DNA from: an uncultured Alphaproteobacteria bacterium
GTDB taxonomy: Bacteria > Pseudomonadota > Alphaproteobacteria > Micropepsales > Micropepsaceae
Assembly: GCA_963741725.1 (NCBI GenBank)
Contig: CAVUJC010000011.1
Location: 126,524 to 190,523, forward strand
Length of the DNA: 64,000 bases
Reading direction: 5' to 3'
A program made the translations under genes and the position numbers. Positions 48,529-58,408 of this stretch are shown here, one piece after another. A model generated the notes under the pieces. The model had not been told where the DNA came from. It searched no databases and saw only the letters and a list, made by a program, of their open reading frames with translations. Position 1 is the first letter of the stretch, and every line of letters begins with the position of its first letter.

Positions 48529-49334
48529 TGGTGATCGAGACAAAAGACTTTCAGTGCGTCCTATATTCCGTTCGCGACCACGTGCTGATGATTACGCTCA
48601 ATCGCCCGGAGCGGCGTAACGCCTTGAACCACCGCGCCTATGCCGAAATCGAAGCTGCGTTTCGCGCGGCAAACGAGGACCAGGACGTTCGAGTGGTGAT
48701 CGTCACCGGTTCGGACCCCGCCTTCTGCTCCGGCGAAGACGTCAAAGAGATGATGACGGGTGAGGCACGGCCGGCTACGCCTGCAGCCGCGACGACGGGA
48801 CGGCCGCCAACGCCGGCCGCGATGGCTGCGCTGGAGTGTGAGAAGCCGGTTATCGCTGCAGTAAATGGCTCGGCGGTCGGATGGGGTATGGAACTGGCGC
48901 TCTATGCCGATATTCGTCTCGCTTCCGAGAATGCGAAATTCGCAGAGCTTTTCGTCAAACGTGGCTTGGTCGCCGATGTTGGCGGCTTCTACCGCCTGCC
49001 GGCTCTGGTTGGCCCCTCGAAGGCCGCTGAACTCCTGCTCACGGGCGATCAAATCGATGCGCGAGAAGCATTACGTATCGGCCTCGTCTCGGAAGTTCTT
49101 CCTCATGGAGAATTGATGACGCGCGCTCATGCGCTTGCTGCAAAAATTGCAGCGAACCCGCCGCTGGCCGTCCGTGCGATCAAAGACGGTCTGCGGCGTG
49201 TAGCGCCTGGCGACCCGCGCCAAATCGGCAGTTGGGCAATCGATACCATTTACCGTCTATTCCAGACGGAAGACCATCGCGAAGGCGTCAAAAGCTTTCT
49301 GGAAAAGCGCGAGCCTGTTTTCAAGGGCCGCTAG
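48528..49334 (+). CDS. Enoyl-CoA hydratase/isomerase
   Basis: TLNRPERRNAL, AFCSGED, IAAVNGSAVGWG, GVKSFLEKR. Confidence 0.92.
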   Translation: MVIETKDFQCVLYSVRDHVLMITLNRPERRNALNHRAYAEIEAAFRAANEDQDVRVVIVTGSDPAFCSGEDVKEMMTGEARPATPAAATTGRPPTPAAMAALECEKPVIAAVNGSAVGWGMELALYADIRLASENAKFAELFVKRGLVADVGGFYRLPALVGPSKAAELLLTGDQIDAREALRIGLVSEVLPHGELMTRAHALAAKIAANPPLAVRAIKDGLRRVAPGDPRQIGSWAIDTIYRLFQTEDHREGVKSFLEKREPVFKGR

Positions 49335-49399
49335 ACGACTGTCGCAGAACTGTCGAATGTGACGCTTATTCAAACCATGCAATCCTGGAAGTAACCGGC

Positions 49400-52186
49400 A
49401 TGAAACTGATTACAGCGCTCGCCGTTTCGGTCGCGATGCTCGGCAGCGCGGCGGCCGCGGCCGACAGCCAGCTTTGGCTCCCGACCGGCCAGACCGTGAC
49501 GCCACAGGCGGCGCCCGGATCAGTCTTTCAACCCCTGACGGCGGATCTTCCCGTAGTTGGCAAGCAGTTGGTGGGCGGCGGAGCAACGACCGCACTCTCG
49601 TCAGACGGTAAACTGTTGTTCCTTCTGACGGCAGGCTTCAATACTTGGCGCGGACCGGACGGAAAGCGCGTGGCTGATGCGTCGACTGAACATCTTTTCG
49701 TTTATTCGCTGAGCGACGGATTGAAGCTCCAACAGGACATTCACGTTCCCAACAGCTATGGCGGGCTGACGGTCGCTCCCGACGGCAAGACGCTCTACAT
49801 CGCAGGCGGAATGGACGACAACATCCATACCTATCGTGTTGATCCTTCAGGCGCGTGGGCAGAAGCCGGATCACCAATTTCCCTAGGTCACGCTTCAGGA
49901 AATGGACTTGTTCGCGGCAATGCCGAGCTGATGAAGCCGATGGCCGCGGGCATAGCACTTGCGCCGGACGGGAGTCGCCTTCTTGTCGCCAATTACGAGA
50001 ACGATTCCGTCTCACTCGTCGATCTCGCAAAAGGCAAAGTTGCTGCAGAGCTGGACCTTCGTCCCGGCAAGATCGATCGCAAGCAGTCCGGCACACCGGG
50101 GGGCGAGTTCCCGTACTGGATCGTCATCGGCCCGAATGACACCGCCTATGTATCCAGCCTGCGTGACCGCGAGATCGACGTCATATCTCTTGCGGGCTCA
50201 TTGCGGATTACGGGCCGGATCAAGGTCGAAGGCAACCCGAACCGCATGACGCTAAATCGCGATGGTTCCCGGCTTTTCGCATCGGCCGACAATTCGGATC
50301 GCGTTTTTGTGATCGATACCAAGGCCAGCCGGGTTGTCGCGACGATTTCCATGCGCGCACCTGCTGGGTGGGGTCCGAACGCTCAACTGCCGGGCGCGGC
50401 GCCAAACAGTCTCGCGCTGTCACCGGACGAAAATGCGCTCTACGTCACGGAGGGCGGCATAAATGCGGTCGGCATTGTACGGCTGACCGGCATGCCCGCC
50501 CTGGCCGGTCTGATACCCGTTGCCTGGCAACCGAACTCCGTGACCGTGAGCAGCGATGGACGAACGCTTTTCGTGACGAACGGAAAAAGTCCGGCCGGAC
50601 CAAACCCGCTGAACTGTATGAAAGTCAAACATGACTCGCCGTCCTGCGACGCGGCCCACCAGCTGCACGCCGGCAATCAGTATGTCTGGCAGCAGATGAC
50701 TGGCGGAATCACGGCCATTCCGGTTCCCGATGCCGACACTCTGAAACGCCTCACCGCGATCACCGCCGACAATAACGGTTTCCGTGAAGTTCCCTCGCCC
50801 GATGAGACGAAGCTCATGGCGGCGGTGAGTACGCGCATCAAGCATGTGATCTACATCGTTCGCGAGAACCGGACTTACGACCAGATCCTTGGAGACTTGC
50901 CACACACGGACGGTGATCCCGGCCTTGTGCAGTTTGGTCCGACCGTCACGCCGAACCAGCATGCATTGGCGTCAGAGTTTGTCGCGCTCGACTCGTTCTT
51001 TGACAGCGGCGAAGCGAGCGGGAATGGCTGGCAATGGTCGACTGCGGCCCGAACGACGGATGTCACCGAAAAGGAGATGCCGGTCAACTATGCCGATCGC
51101 GGCCTGTCCTACGATTTTGAAGGCACGACACGCGACATCAACGTCGCCCTCGAACACAAGGCGCGCATCGCGGCCAATCCGCTTGGCGACCCGGACCCGG
51201 ACCTTCTTCCCGGGCGCGCAAACCAGGCTGCTCCTGACGGTCCCGATGGCGAGCGCGAACAGGGCTATCTGTGGAACGCCGTCCTGCGCGCGCGCGAAAC
51301 AATTCGCAACTACGGCTTCTTCCTGGATCTCGCACGTTACGAACCCGGCATTCCGGCCAAGACCGCCGTATCGCTCGACCACGATCCCGCAGCCAAAAAA
51401 CTCCGCGTGGCGTTTGTCACGAACAAGGATCTGGCTCCCGTTACAGACCCTTATTTCCGCGGCTTTGATAATCAGTATGCAGACTATTGGCGCTATCAGG
51501 AGTGGAACCGCGAATTCTCGAACTACGAAAAAAGAAATTCGCTCCCGCGGCTCGAGACCGTTCGTTTCATGCATGACCATACCGGCAACTTCGCGACCGC
51601 GGCGGACGGTGTGAATACGCCGGAGACACAGGTTGCCGACAACGACTACGCCGTGGGCCTTCTGATAGACCGCGTTGCGCACAGCCGTTTCGCCAAGGAT
51701 ACGTTGATCTTCGTGATCGAGGACGATGCGCAGGACGGTCCCGACCATGTCGACGCCCACCGCTCCGTCGCCTTCATCGCCGGACCTTATGTGAAGCACG
51801 GGGTAGTGATTTCGGATCGCTACACGACCGTGAACTTCCTCAAAACGATGGAAGTCGTGCTGGGGCTAAAGCCCCTGAACTTCCACGATGCGAACGCCAA
51901 GCCGATGGCGAACGTGTTTGACCTGGCGCAGACCGATTGGACCTACAATGCGCGGGTCCCGGACATGTTGCGCTCGACGAGTTTGCCTTTGCCGCCGCAG
52001 AAGGGCGCGACTGTTGTGCGGCCGAGGCATGATGCAGCCTATTGGGCGGCGAAGACCGCCTCGTTCGATTTCTCTTCGGAGGACCGGCTTGATGTCGGCG
52101 CGTATAACCACCTGCTGTGGGCCGGCATCAACGGCGATGCGCCCTATCCCGCGACGCGCGACGGACGCAATCTCAGGCTCAAATAG
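49400..52186 (+). CDS. Secreted YncE-like beta-propeller / alkaline phosphatase-like phosphoesterase fusion
   Basis: Signal peptide, propeller repeats, IKHVIYIVRENRTYDQILGD, IEDDAQDGPDHVDAHR. Confidence 0.85.
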   Translation: MKLITALAVSVAMLGSAAAAADSQLWLPTGQTVTPQAAPGSVFQPLTADLPVVGKQLVGGGATTALSSDGKLLFLLTAGFNTWRGPDGKRVADASTEHLFVYSLSDGLKLQQDIHVPNSYGGLTVAPDGKTLYIAGGMDDNIHTYRVDPSGAWAEAGSPISLGHASGNGLVRGNAELMKPMAAGIALAPDGSRLLVANYENDSVSLVDLAKGKVAAELDLRPGKIDRKQSGTPGGEFPYWIVIGPNDTAYVSSLRDREIDVISLAGSLRITGRIKVEGNPNRMTLNRDGSRLFASADNSDRVFVIDTKASRVVATISMRAPAGWGPNAQLPGAAPNSLALSPDENALYVTEGGINAVGIVRLTGMPALAGLIPVAWQPNSVTVSSDGRTLFVTNGKSPAGPNPLNCMKVKHDSPSCDAAHQLHAGNQYVWQQMTGGITAIPVPDADTLKRLTAITADNNGFREVPSPDETKLMAAVSTRIKHVIYIVRENRTYDQILGDLPHTDGDPGLVQFGPTVTPNQHALASEFVALDSFFDSGEASGNGWQWSTAARTTDVTEKEMPVNYADRGLSYDFEGTTRDINVALEHKARIAANPLGDPDPDLLPGRANQAAPDGPDGEREQGYLWNAVLRARETIRNYGFFLDLARYEPGIPAKTAVSLDHDPAAKKLRVAFVTNKDLAPVTDPYFRGFDNQYADYWRYQEWNREFSNYEKRNSLPRLETVRFMHDHTGNFATAADGVNTPETQVADNDYAVGLLIDRVAHSRFAKDTLIFVIEDDAQDGPDHVDAHRSVAFIAGPYVKHGVVISDRYTTVNFLKTMEVVLGLKPLNFHDANAKPMANVFDLAQTDWTYNARVPDMLRSTSLPLPPQKGATVVRPRHDAAYWAAKTASFDFSSEDRLDVGAYNHLLWAGINGDAPYPATRDGRNLRLK

Positions 52187-52192
52187 CGCCCG

Positions 52193-53062
52193 TCATGGCG
52201 CTGTGCGTTTGACGGGAACCGGGACGCTGCAGATGTCGAGCACAGGCGGTGGCTTGCGAAAGTAGAATGGCGACGTCGGATGACGTCGCAATTCGACGGC
52301 ATCGGCAAAAGTCTTGGATTCCGTGCGGATAACTGAAAACGCAGGTCTTTCAGACACTGGCATGTCTGCGGCGATGCGAACGCGCAGGATTTTGTCAGCC
52401 CTGGAGAAGTCTGCGATCACACCGTTGTCGACGTCGGGATCTCCCCGTTCGAGTTTCTGAAGAAACTGCATGCCCGACAAGACACGGCCGAACGCAGTGA
52501 GATCGCGATCAAGACGCCGTGGCGCTTCGCCAATGACGACGTAGAACTCGGTCGTGGCGGTGTCGGGATCGTTGTCGCGTGCGAACGCGAACGTGCCGGG
52601 GCAATGGACCAGCCATTCACGGCCCGAACTGGAATCGCGCGCGACTGCGAACCCATCCTCGAAGCCCACTTCGGGAGCAAAAAGGTCCGCATTGCCGAGC
52701 GGCGTGAAGATCGGCTCAGGTTTTGAAGCCCGATCGAATTCTGCTTTCAGCGCTGGCCATTGATTGAGCGTTTTGGCTTCAACCGGATGATCCTTGGTGG
52801 AGGCAGTGCCCTCCCCGATGCCGCCCTGTGCCACAAAACCATCAATGACGCGATAGAACGCCAGGCCATCATAGAAGCGAGCACGGATCAGCGCCCGCAC
52901 CCGCTCTGCATGATTCGGAGCAAATTCTGGTGCAAGTTCCACGGCCACCTGACCGTACTTTGTGTCGATGAGAACAAGATTTTCAGGGTCGACGCTTCGC
53001 CAGTCCGCGGGCAAGTCAGCCGCCGAAGCGGACACAAGCGTCAGAAGCGCGAACGAAGCCAT
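52193..53062 (-). CDS. Cyclophilin-type peptidyl-prolyl isomerase (exported)
   Basis: FAPNHAER, FYRVIDGFVAQGG, LDRDLTAFGRV; start uncertain (53062 or 53098). Confidence 0.85.
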   Translation of the reverse strand: MASFALLTLVSASAADLPADWRSVDPENLVLIDTKYGQVAVELAPEFAPNHAERVRALIRARFYDGLAFYRVIDGFVAQGGIGEGTASTKDHPVEAKTLNQWPALKAEFDRASKPEPIFTPLGNADLFAPEVGFEDGFAVARDSSSGREWLVHCPGTFAFARDNDPDTATTEFYVVIGEAPRRLDRDLTAFGRVLSGMQFLQKLERGDPDVDNGVIADFSRADKILRVRIAADMPVSERPAFSVIRTESKTFADAVELRRHPTSPFYFRKPPPVLDICSVPVPVKRTAP

Positions 53063-53139
53063 CAGATGAAAACGTGTCAATTGCCCTCCTTGCAACATGC
53101 GACCGGAAGCGCCTTGCCCTTGTGGCCGAAGCGCAGCAT

Positions 53140-54366
53140 ATGAACTGTACCGCCATGACCGCCGATAGCCAAAACCCCCGCGCCGAACACGTCTCGGCCG
53201 CTGCGCTTCCCACGCTGCTGTCGGTGATGTTCATCAACCTGCTCGGCTTCGGTATCATCGTTCCGTTGCTGCCCTTCTACGCCAAGTCGTTTCAGGCTCC
53301 GGCCTGGCAGATTGCCTTGATCTTCTCTGCATACGCGATGGGCGCATTTTTTGGGGAGCCGTTCTGGGGCCGCTTGTCTGACGCGGTCGGGCGCAAACCA
53401 ATTCTGATCAGCACGGTAATGGGCAACTGTCTTTGCTATCTGGCACTTGCCTTTGCGCCGAACATCTTCATCGCTTTCGTGGTGCGCTTTCTTGGCGGTA
53501 TGGCGAGCGGCAACGGGGCGGTGATCCAAGGATATATCGCGGACGTCACGCCGCCCGATCAACGCACCGCCAAGATGTCGTTGCTGGGCGCGGCCTACAA
53601 TATCGGCTTCATCGTCGGACCGGCGCTTGGCGGATTGCTCGCGCATCCTTCCGCGGGACATGCCGGATTCAGAATTCCCCTGCTCATCGCGTCAGGGCTT
53701 TCGGGCGCCTGCGTTGTCGGTTTGACGCTCTTTCTGAAAGAGAGTCGTGTTCACCAGCGCATCGGAACCCGACCCAGTCGTTGGGCGGTGCTCAACACGG
53801 CACTCACAAATCCCGTCGTCAGCCGTCTGATGCTCGTCACGTTTCTCGCAGGCTGCGCGTTCAACGGGATCGAGTCCGTCTTCGGACTCTGGACACAGGC
53901 GCGCTTCGAGTGGGGACCGCAGGAGGTCGGCACCGCCTTTGCGGTGACGGGAGTCGTGGCGGCGATCTGCCAGATCGCCATAACCGGACCACTCTCGCAC
54001 CGGTTCGGCGAAGCGCGCGTGCTGACGGCCGGCATGGCGCTGACGACGCTATGCGCATCGCTTCAGCCCTTTTCACAGGGCGCATGGATGATTGTTGGCC
54101 TGCTCGCCATTTCGGCGTTTGGCCAGTCCGTTGCCTGGCCGAACGTTTCGGCGCTTTTGTCACGCAATGTCGACTGGGAGCATCAGGGTCAATATCTGGG
54201 GCTCAACAACGCGGTTGGCGCAGCCGCTCGCCTCGTCGGGCCGTCGATCGCGGCCGTTACCTTTTCAAACATTGGCGTCGACGCACCGTTTTTCTCCGCT
54301 GGACTCATGGTTTTGCCAGCGATTTTTTTCGCATGGTACGCCGCCACGCACAAAAGTCGCATCTAG
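53140..54366 (+). CDS. MFS efflux transporter (TetA/DHA1-like)
   Basis: GFGIIVPLLP, GRLSDAVGRKP, GFIVGPALGG. Confidence 0.88.
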   Translation: MNCTAMTADSQNPRAEHVSAAALPTLLSVMFINLLGFGIIVPLLPFYAKSFQAPAWQIALIFSAYAMGAFFGEPFWGRLSDAVGRKPILISTVMGNCLCYLALAFAPNIFIAFVVRFLGGMASGNGAVIQGYIADVTPPDQRTAKMSLLGAAYNIGFIVGPALGGLLAHPSAGHAGFRIPLLIASGLSGACVVGLTLFLKESRVHQRIGTRPSRWAVLNTALTNPVVSRLMLVTFLAGCAFNGIESVFGLWTQARFEWGPQEVGTAFAVTGVVAAICQIAITGPLSHRFGEARVLTAGMALTTLCASLQPFSQGAWMIVGLLAISAFGQSVAWPNVSALLSRNVDWEHQGQYLGLNNAVGAAARLVGPSIAAVTFSNIGVDAPFFSAGLMVLPAIFFAWYAATHKSRI

Positions 54367-54418
54367 TTTACGCATCCGGCAGACCGGCCTAGGCTTTCTC
54401 AAAATATGGGAGGCGTAT

Positions 54419-55223
54419 TTGGCTGGAACTCTGAAAGGGAAAGTGGCGCTCGTTACGGGCGCCAGCCGCGGCATCGGCGAAGCAATCGCGGTCCGTCTGG
54501 GAATGGAAGGCGCAAACATCATTGTCTCCGCCCGCACTGCGGAAAGCGGCGAGAGCAAGCTTCCCGGCACACTGCATGACACAGTCGAACGCGTGCGCAA
54601 GACTGGCGTCGAAGTGATGTTCATCAAGGCCGATCTGGCTCAGGCGCGTGAGCGCGAAATGCTGATTGAGAAAGGCGGAACGTGCGTTCGGTCCTATCGA
54701 TATCCTCATCAACAATGCCGCCATCACTTACTTTGCTCCGGTCGCAGAGTTCACCGAAAAGCGCTTCAAGCTGATGATGGAGGTGCAAGTCTATGCCCCC
54801 TTCCATCTCTCGCAGCTCGTTCTGCCAGCGATGAAGGCACGAAAGTCCGGCTGGATCGTGAACATATCGTCGCCGGCCGGACTGCACCCAAAGCAACCCT
54901 ACATGGCGGGCGTGCGCGGCGGCACTGTGTACGGCATGTGCAAGGCAGCGCTGGAGCGGTTCACGACTGGGTTGGCGTCGGAAGTGTACGACGACGGGAT
55001 CTCCGTCAATGTTGTCTCGCCAGGATTGGTCGATACGCCGGGCGTCGCCGTGCATGGCCTCATAAACGAACGCACGAAGGACCGCGTGCAGCCGATCGAA
55101 TATATCGCCGAGGCAGTCTATCGGCTCGCGTCAGGCGACCCGAAGACCATGACCGGCCGCATCGACTATGCCGAACCTCTGCTGAAGGAACTGGGTCTCA
55201 AACCCTCTCCACTCATCGCTTAG
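54419..55223 (+). CDS. SDR family oxidoreductase, +1 frameshift at 54674-54675
   Basis: RBS GGGAGG plus TTG start; TGASRGIG in one frame, LINNAA/YGMCK in next; removing one G gives EKAERAFGPID. Confidence 0.82.
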
Positions 55224-55804
55224 AGCGGAACGCCGGCGCCGAGGTCGATGTACCGATAGGCGATTGCCGTATCGGTGGTGGTGAACTTGGAAGATGAGGG
55301 CCGCAAGAGCATCACGCCACCGATGAACTGTGTCAGTACGAGCAGTGTGTACTTGTCGGCCCGCCCGGTGAGAAGCGGAAATGCTGTGATTTCGACACTG
55401 CGCGCGAAATCGCCGTCATAGCGAAGCGGCGTGATCTGCCACAATCCGCAAGGCCTCTCGACAATTTCCCGGAGGGACTCCATCGCACTTGCATGATAGG
55501 CCCTGGGTAGAAACTGGAGATAGTCTTGACCCGTGACGCTTCGCTGGATTTGCTGTTCGAATTCGCTGCCGACGAGACGCATCGAAATGGACGGAGCCCC
55601 TTCCATCGTGACGTCGCATAGAATCAGGTGGCGCAGGAATCTTGCCGCACGCTCCGGCCTGAACGCTGCGCGGTGCGGGACAATTCCTTCTTTCGGAAGG
55701 CTGCGCCAAAGCGCTTCGAATTCGAAGCTCATGGTCGAGCGCGAAAACGCTGCATCGGGTCTGCTCACAACGGCAGCGTGGGATTGATACATCGTCATGT
55801 TCAT
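55220..55804 (-). CDS. PAS-domain (PAS_5-like) protein
   Basis: FEALWRSLPKEGIVPHRAAF, RLVGSE, TGQDYL pattern. Confidence 0.65.
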   Translation of the reverse strand: MNMTMYQSHAAVVSRPDAAFSRSTMSFEFEALWRSLPKEGIVPHRAAFRPERAARFLRHLILCDVTMEGAPSISMRLVGSEFEQQIQRSVTGQDYLQFLPRAYHASAMESLREIVERPCGLWQITPLRYDGDFARSVEITAFPLLTGRADKYTLLVLTQFIGGVMLLRPSSSKFTTTDTAIAYRYIDLGAGVPL

Positions 55805-55940
55805 CGCGGGTTTCAGCTTCCAGGACGATGCTGGTCTGCGAACATGAATGAGATGTTGATTATCGCATCCGTATAACTACGGATGACGTTGGCGAAGATG
55901 GAGCGAAGTCATAGTTCACCGCGGATTGCCGCATGATCGA

Positions 55941-56712
55941 TCACTTCTTGTCTGAATAACTCACCGCCATGCCGGCGCGCACGTCTTGCTGCACGCCATA
56001 TTGCGGGAATGGATAGCGAAACCCGTTTTTCGCCAAAGCTTTCATTCCGTCTATCGCCTTCACCAGAAACTCGGGCGGACATGCCATGAGCATCTCATCG
56101 TCAAGCACGCCACCGTACCGGCGCTCGGCGAAGCACGGAATTGAAAGACTTGGCAATTTCGTTGTCAGTGCGCGTCCCCAGGAATCCGCGCAGGCCGATT
56201 CACCAACGACACTCCAGTCGAAGCGCTTGTAACCGGACCATTGCAGGCCGTTGACGAAATAGATCATCGCGCCGGGCGTGGCGTAGAAGAGAGCAATATC
56301 GGGTTCAGTCAGCTTTCCCGCGCCAAGCGGACCGACCGCCAGCGCCTGATACCGCCCGTCGGGTACACAGTGCATCGCGCTCTGGTGAGCACTTGCGTCT
56401 TCCAGGGTGCTGTACCAGACGCCCTTCATGTGGGCGCCCGACTTCCACTCATCTGTCTTGGCTCCGCCCAGTCCGACGACGGCCCGGCATTGCGCACCGA
56501 CGAGATCGTCGCTGGTGACGCCGACTGTCCACCCCAACCGCGAGGCTTGTCCCGACGATCTGGTCAAGCGTGTGAACGGCGGACGGCCGCCGAATTCGGG
56601 GAATCGCTTCCATGTCTTCACGGCGCTCGAACATCTGCATCGCAAAAACGATGCTGCGTAGACGCAAGAGCCGCTCAAGCTCGCCAGAGACTGCTGTCAG
56701 ATCGATGTCCAT
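55941..56712 (-). CDS. DUF169 family protein, +1 frameshift at 56551-56553
   Basis: N-terminus (ELERLLRLR) and rest (GESACAD, PCFAERRYGG) in adjacent frames; removing one C gives DQIVGQASRLGWTVG. Confidence 0.75.
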
Positions 56713-56847
56713 CGCGGTGCACTCCTCATGGCCCGGTCGGCCGAATTGCAGAGAATTTCAGCATAGAACAAGCGCTGGCTTGTGCGACAGGGTCGAATGC
56801 GAACTCAGTTTGAGCGCGCTGTACCGTCATCGGGCTTGGTCAGCCTC

Positions 56848-57282
56848 TCAAGCGATTTTTCCAAGCAAAGCAATCAGCGACGCCGTCTCGGCCGGCTCCA
56901 ACCTCTCGCCGATCGAACCTTGAATCACAGAGGAATAGACGACCCACATCCGGCGCAGCATGCGCCGCCCGTCCGTTGTGATGGTTACAACCTGACCCCT
57001 GCCGTCCTCATGGCACAGTCGCCGAACGACATATCCGCCAGCTTCTATGCGGTCGAGCAACCGAGATAGGTTGTACTGGGCGAGCATCAGCTCCTTCTGC
57101 AACTGGGCTGGCCGAAGGCCTTCGCCGCCGCAACGTTCAAGTTCGAACAGCACATCGTACCAGGCGAGCGGCGGTAGATTGGCCACCTTCAGGCCATCCT
57201 CGGCTCGATCCAGCAGAGTGCGCTGGGTACGCAAGAGGCGGGCCCATGCACGGACGGTACCTTCGCTCGGCCTGGCTCTCAT
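56848..57282 (-). CDS. MarR family transcriptional regulator
   Basis: WYDVLFEL, YNLSRLLDRIEAGGYVVR, DGRGQVVTIT. Confidence 0.9.
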   Translation of the reverse strand: MRARPSEGTVRAWARLLRTQRTLLDRAEDGLKVANLPPLAWYDVLFELERCGGEGLRPAQLQKELMLAQYNLSRLLDRIEAGGYVVRRLCHEDGRGQVVTITTDGRRMLRRMWVVYSSVIQGSIGERLEPAETASLIALLGKIA

Positions 57283-57323
57283 CGCTGCCTTAGCTCATCA
57301 CAATTTCGCGACCCGATTGTCGC

Positions 57324-57343
57324 ATACATGCAATTGCATGTAT
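57324..57343. promoter_or_regulatory. Perfect 20-bp palindrome, probable MarR operator
   Basis: ATACATGCAATTGCATGTAT between divergent marR and GST genes. Confidence 0.7.
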
Positions 57344-57375
57344 CACAAAGCAACAAAAAAATTGGTTCGCAGAAT

Positions 57376-58071
57376 ATGCCGTCCACACAACTCACGCTCG
57401 TCAGTCATAAGCTCTGCCCGTACGTGCAACGTGCGATAATCGCCCTCACCGAAAAAAGCGTTCCGTTCGAGCGTGTCTACGTCGACCTCTCGAGAAAACC
57501 CGACTGGTTTCTCTTGCTCTCGCCGCTCGGAAAGACGCCTGTGCTCAAAGTTGGAGAACGGGCGGTGTTTGAGTCCGCCGTGATCCTCGAATTTTTGGAA
57601 GATACGCAGTCGCATCCGCTACACCCGGCCGACGCATTGGAGCGGGCAGAACATCGCGGATGGATCGAGTTCAGTTCCTCGGTGCTCGCGGACATCGCCG
57701 GACTGTATTCTGCGCCTGACCAGAAAGTCTTTGAGGCCAAGCGTGCCGCGCTGGAAGGAAAGTTCAAGCGCCTCGAGCAAGAGCTTCGCTCCGGACCTTA
57801 CTTCTCCGGCGATCGCTTCTCATTGGTAGACGCGGCATTCGGGCCAGTGTTCCGTTACTTCGATGTCTTTGACAGGATTTCGGACTTTCGCATCCTGTCA
57901 GGCAAACCGAGGCTGGCTGCGTGGCGCTTACAGCTTGGCGAGCGTCAGTCAATCCGCGAAGCGGTCGACAGAAACTACGAAATGCTTCTCTGGGAATTTT
58001 TGCTGGCGCGCCGTTCCCATATGTCGGAAATCATGACGAAAAGCGGGCACGTGGGCGTTGGCGCGACTTGA
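57376..58071 (+). CDS. Glutathione S-transferase family protein
   Basis: SHKLCPYVQR, SPLGKTPVL, FESAVILEFLED, FSLVDAAFGP. Confidence 0.92.
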   Translation: MPSTQLTLVSHKLCPYVQRAIIALTEKSVPFERVYVDLSRKPDWFLLLSPLGKTPVLKVGERAVFESAVILEFLEDTQSHPLHPADALERAEHRGWIEFSSSVLADIAGLYSAPDQKVFEAKRAALEGKFKRLEQELRSGPYFSGDRFSLVDAAFGPVFRYFDVFDRISDFRILSGKPRLAAWRLQLGERQSIREAVDRNYEMLLWEFLLARRSHMSEIMTKSGHVGVGAT

Positions 58072-58079
58072 ACGAAAAA

Positions 58080-58097
58080 TGGCGCCCCCAAGGGGAC
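58080..58097 (-). mobile_element. tRNA-Glu 3'-end fragment, candidate att site
   Basis: Minus strand GTCCCCTTGGGGGCGCCA = tRNA positions 59-76 (T-stem CCCCT, acceptor TGGGGGC, G73, CCA) with no upstream tRNA body. Confidence 0.7.
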
Positions 58098-58157
58098 GAT
58101 ACTAGGAACTGGCGCTTGGTTGTACAGAGGTTTGAGTCGTTGAGCAGTGCAGGCTGA

Positions 58158-58243
58158 ATGCCCGCCATTGGTCGAAAGCAGACGTTCGTCCCGGGCGTTC
58201 GGTCGTTCACTTCGAGCGTCTGATTTCGACCGGAAGCGGACAT
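58158..58243. repeat. Imperfect 31-bp inverted repeat (ATGTCCGC-type palindromic element)
   Basis: ATGCCCGCCATTGGTCGAAAGCAGACGTTCG (58158-88) versus reverse complement of 58213-43, 24/31 identical. Confidence 0.6.
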
Positions 58244-58408
58244 GGCCGGACAAGCTGTTACAACCCGGTCATGGACTCGTTGACTGGGTCTCTATCCGAG
58301 GTGAGAGTGGCGGCCCCAATTCGGGGCGGCCACCTGTATGCGCTTTTGTCGCACCGCCGAGGCACAAAAGGTCATTCGTGCGAAGACAGGCACTTGGGAG
58401 ATACGAAT

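Noticed and set aside
2789-53098. Long N-terminal extensions in the ORF track (e.g. 3409, 5691, 7950, 15316, 20397, 36801, 44860, 49232)
   Set aside because: They overlap neighbouring genes or repeats and precede the family N-terminus; downstream starts were used
1099-56678. Many long ORFs antisense to or overlapping real genes (e.g. 1099-2154, 10860-12455, 15323-16774, 30281-31765, 34999-36927, 43502-44782)
   Set aside because: Shadow frames of high-GC3 coding sequence; no family motifs; the opposite frame carries clear conserved proteins
8879-56712. Programmed frameshifting or true pseudogenisation as explanation for four split genes
   Set aside because: All four are a single extra base in a 2-4 nt homopolymer in unrelated genes, with no slippery heptamer or stimulatory structure and otherwise intact motifs; sequencing error is more economical
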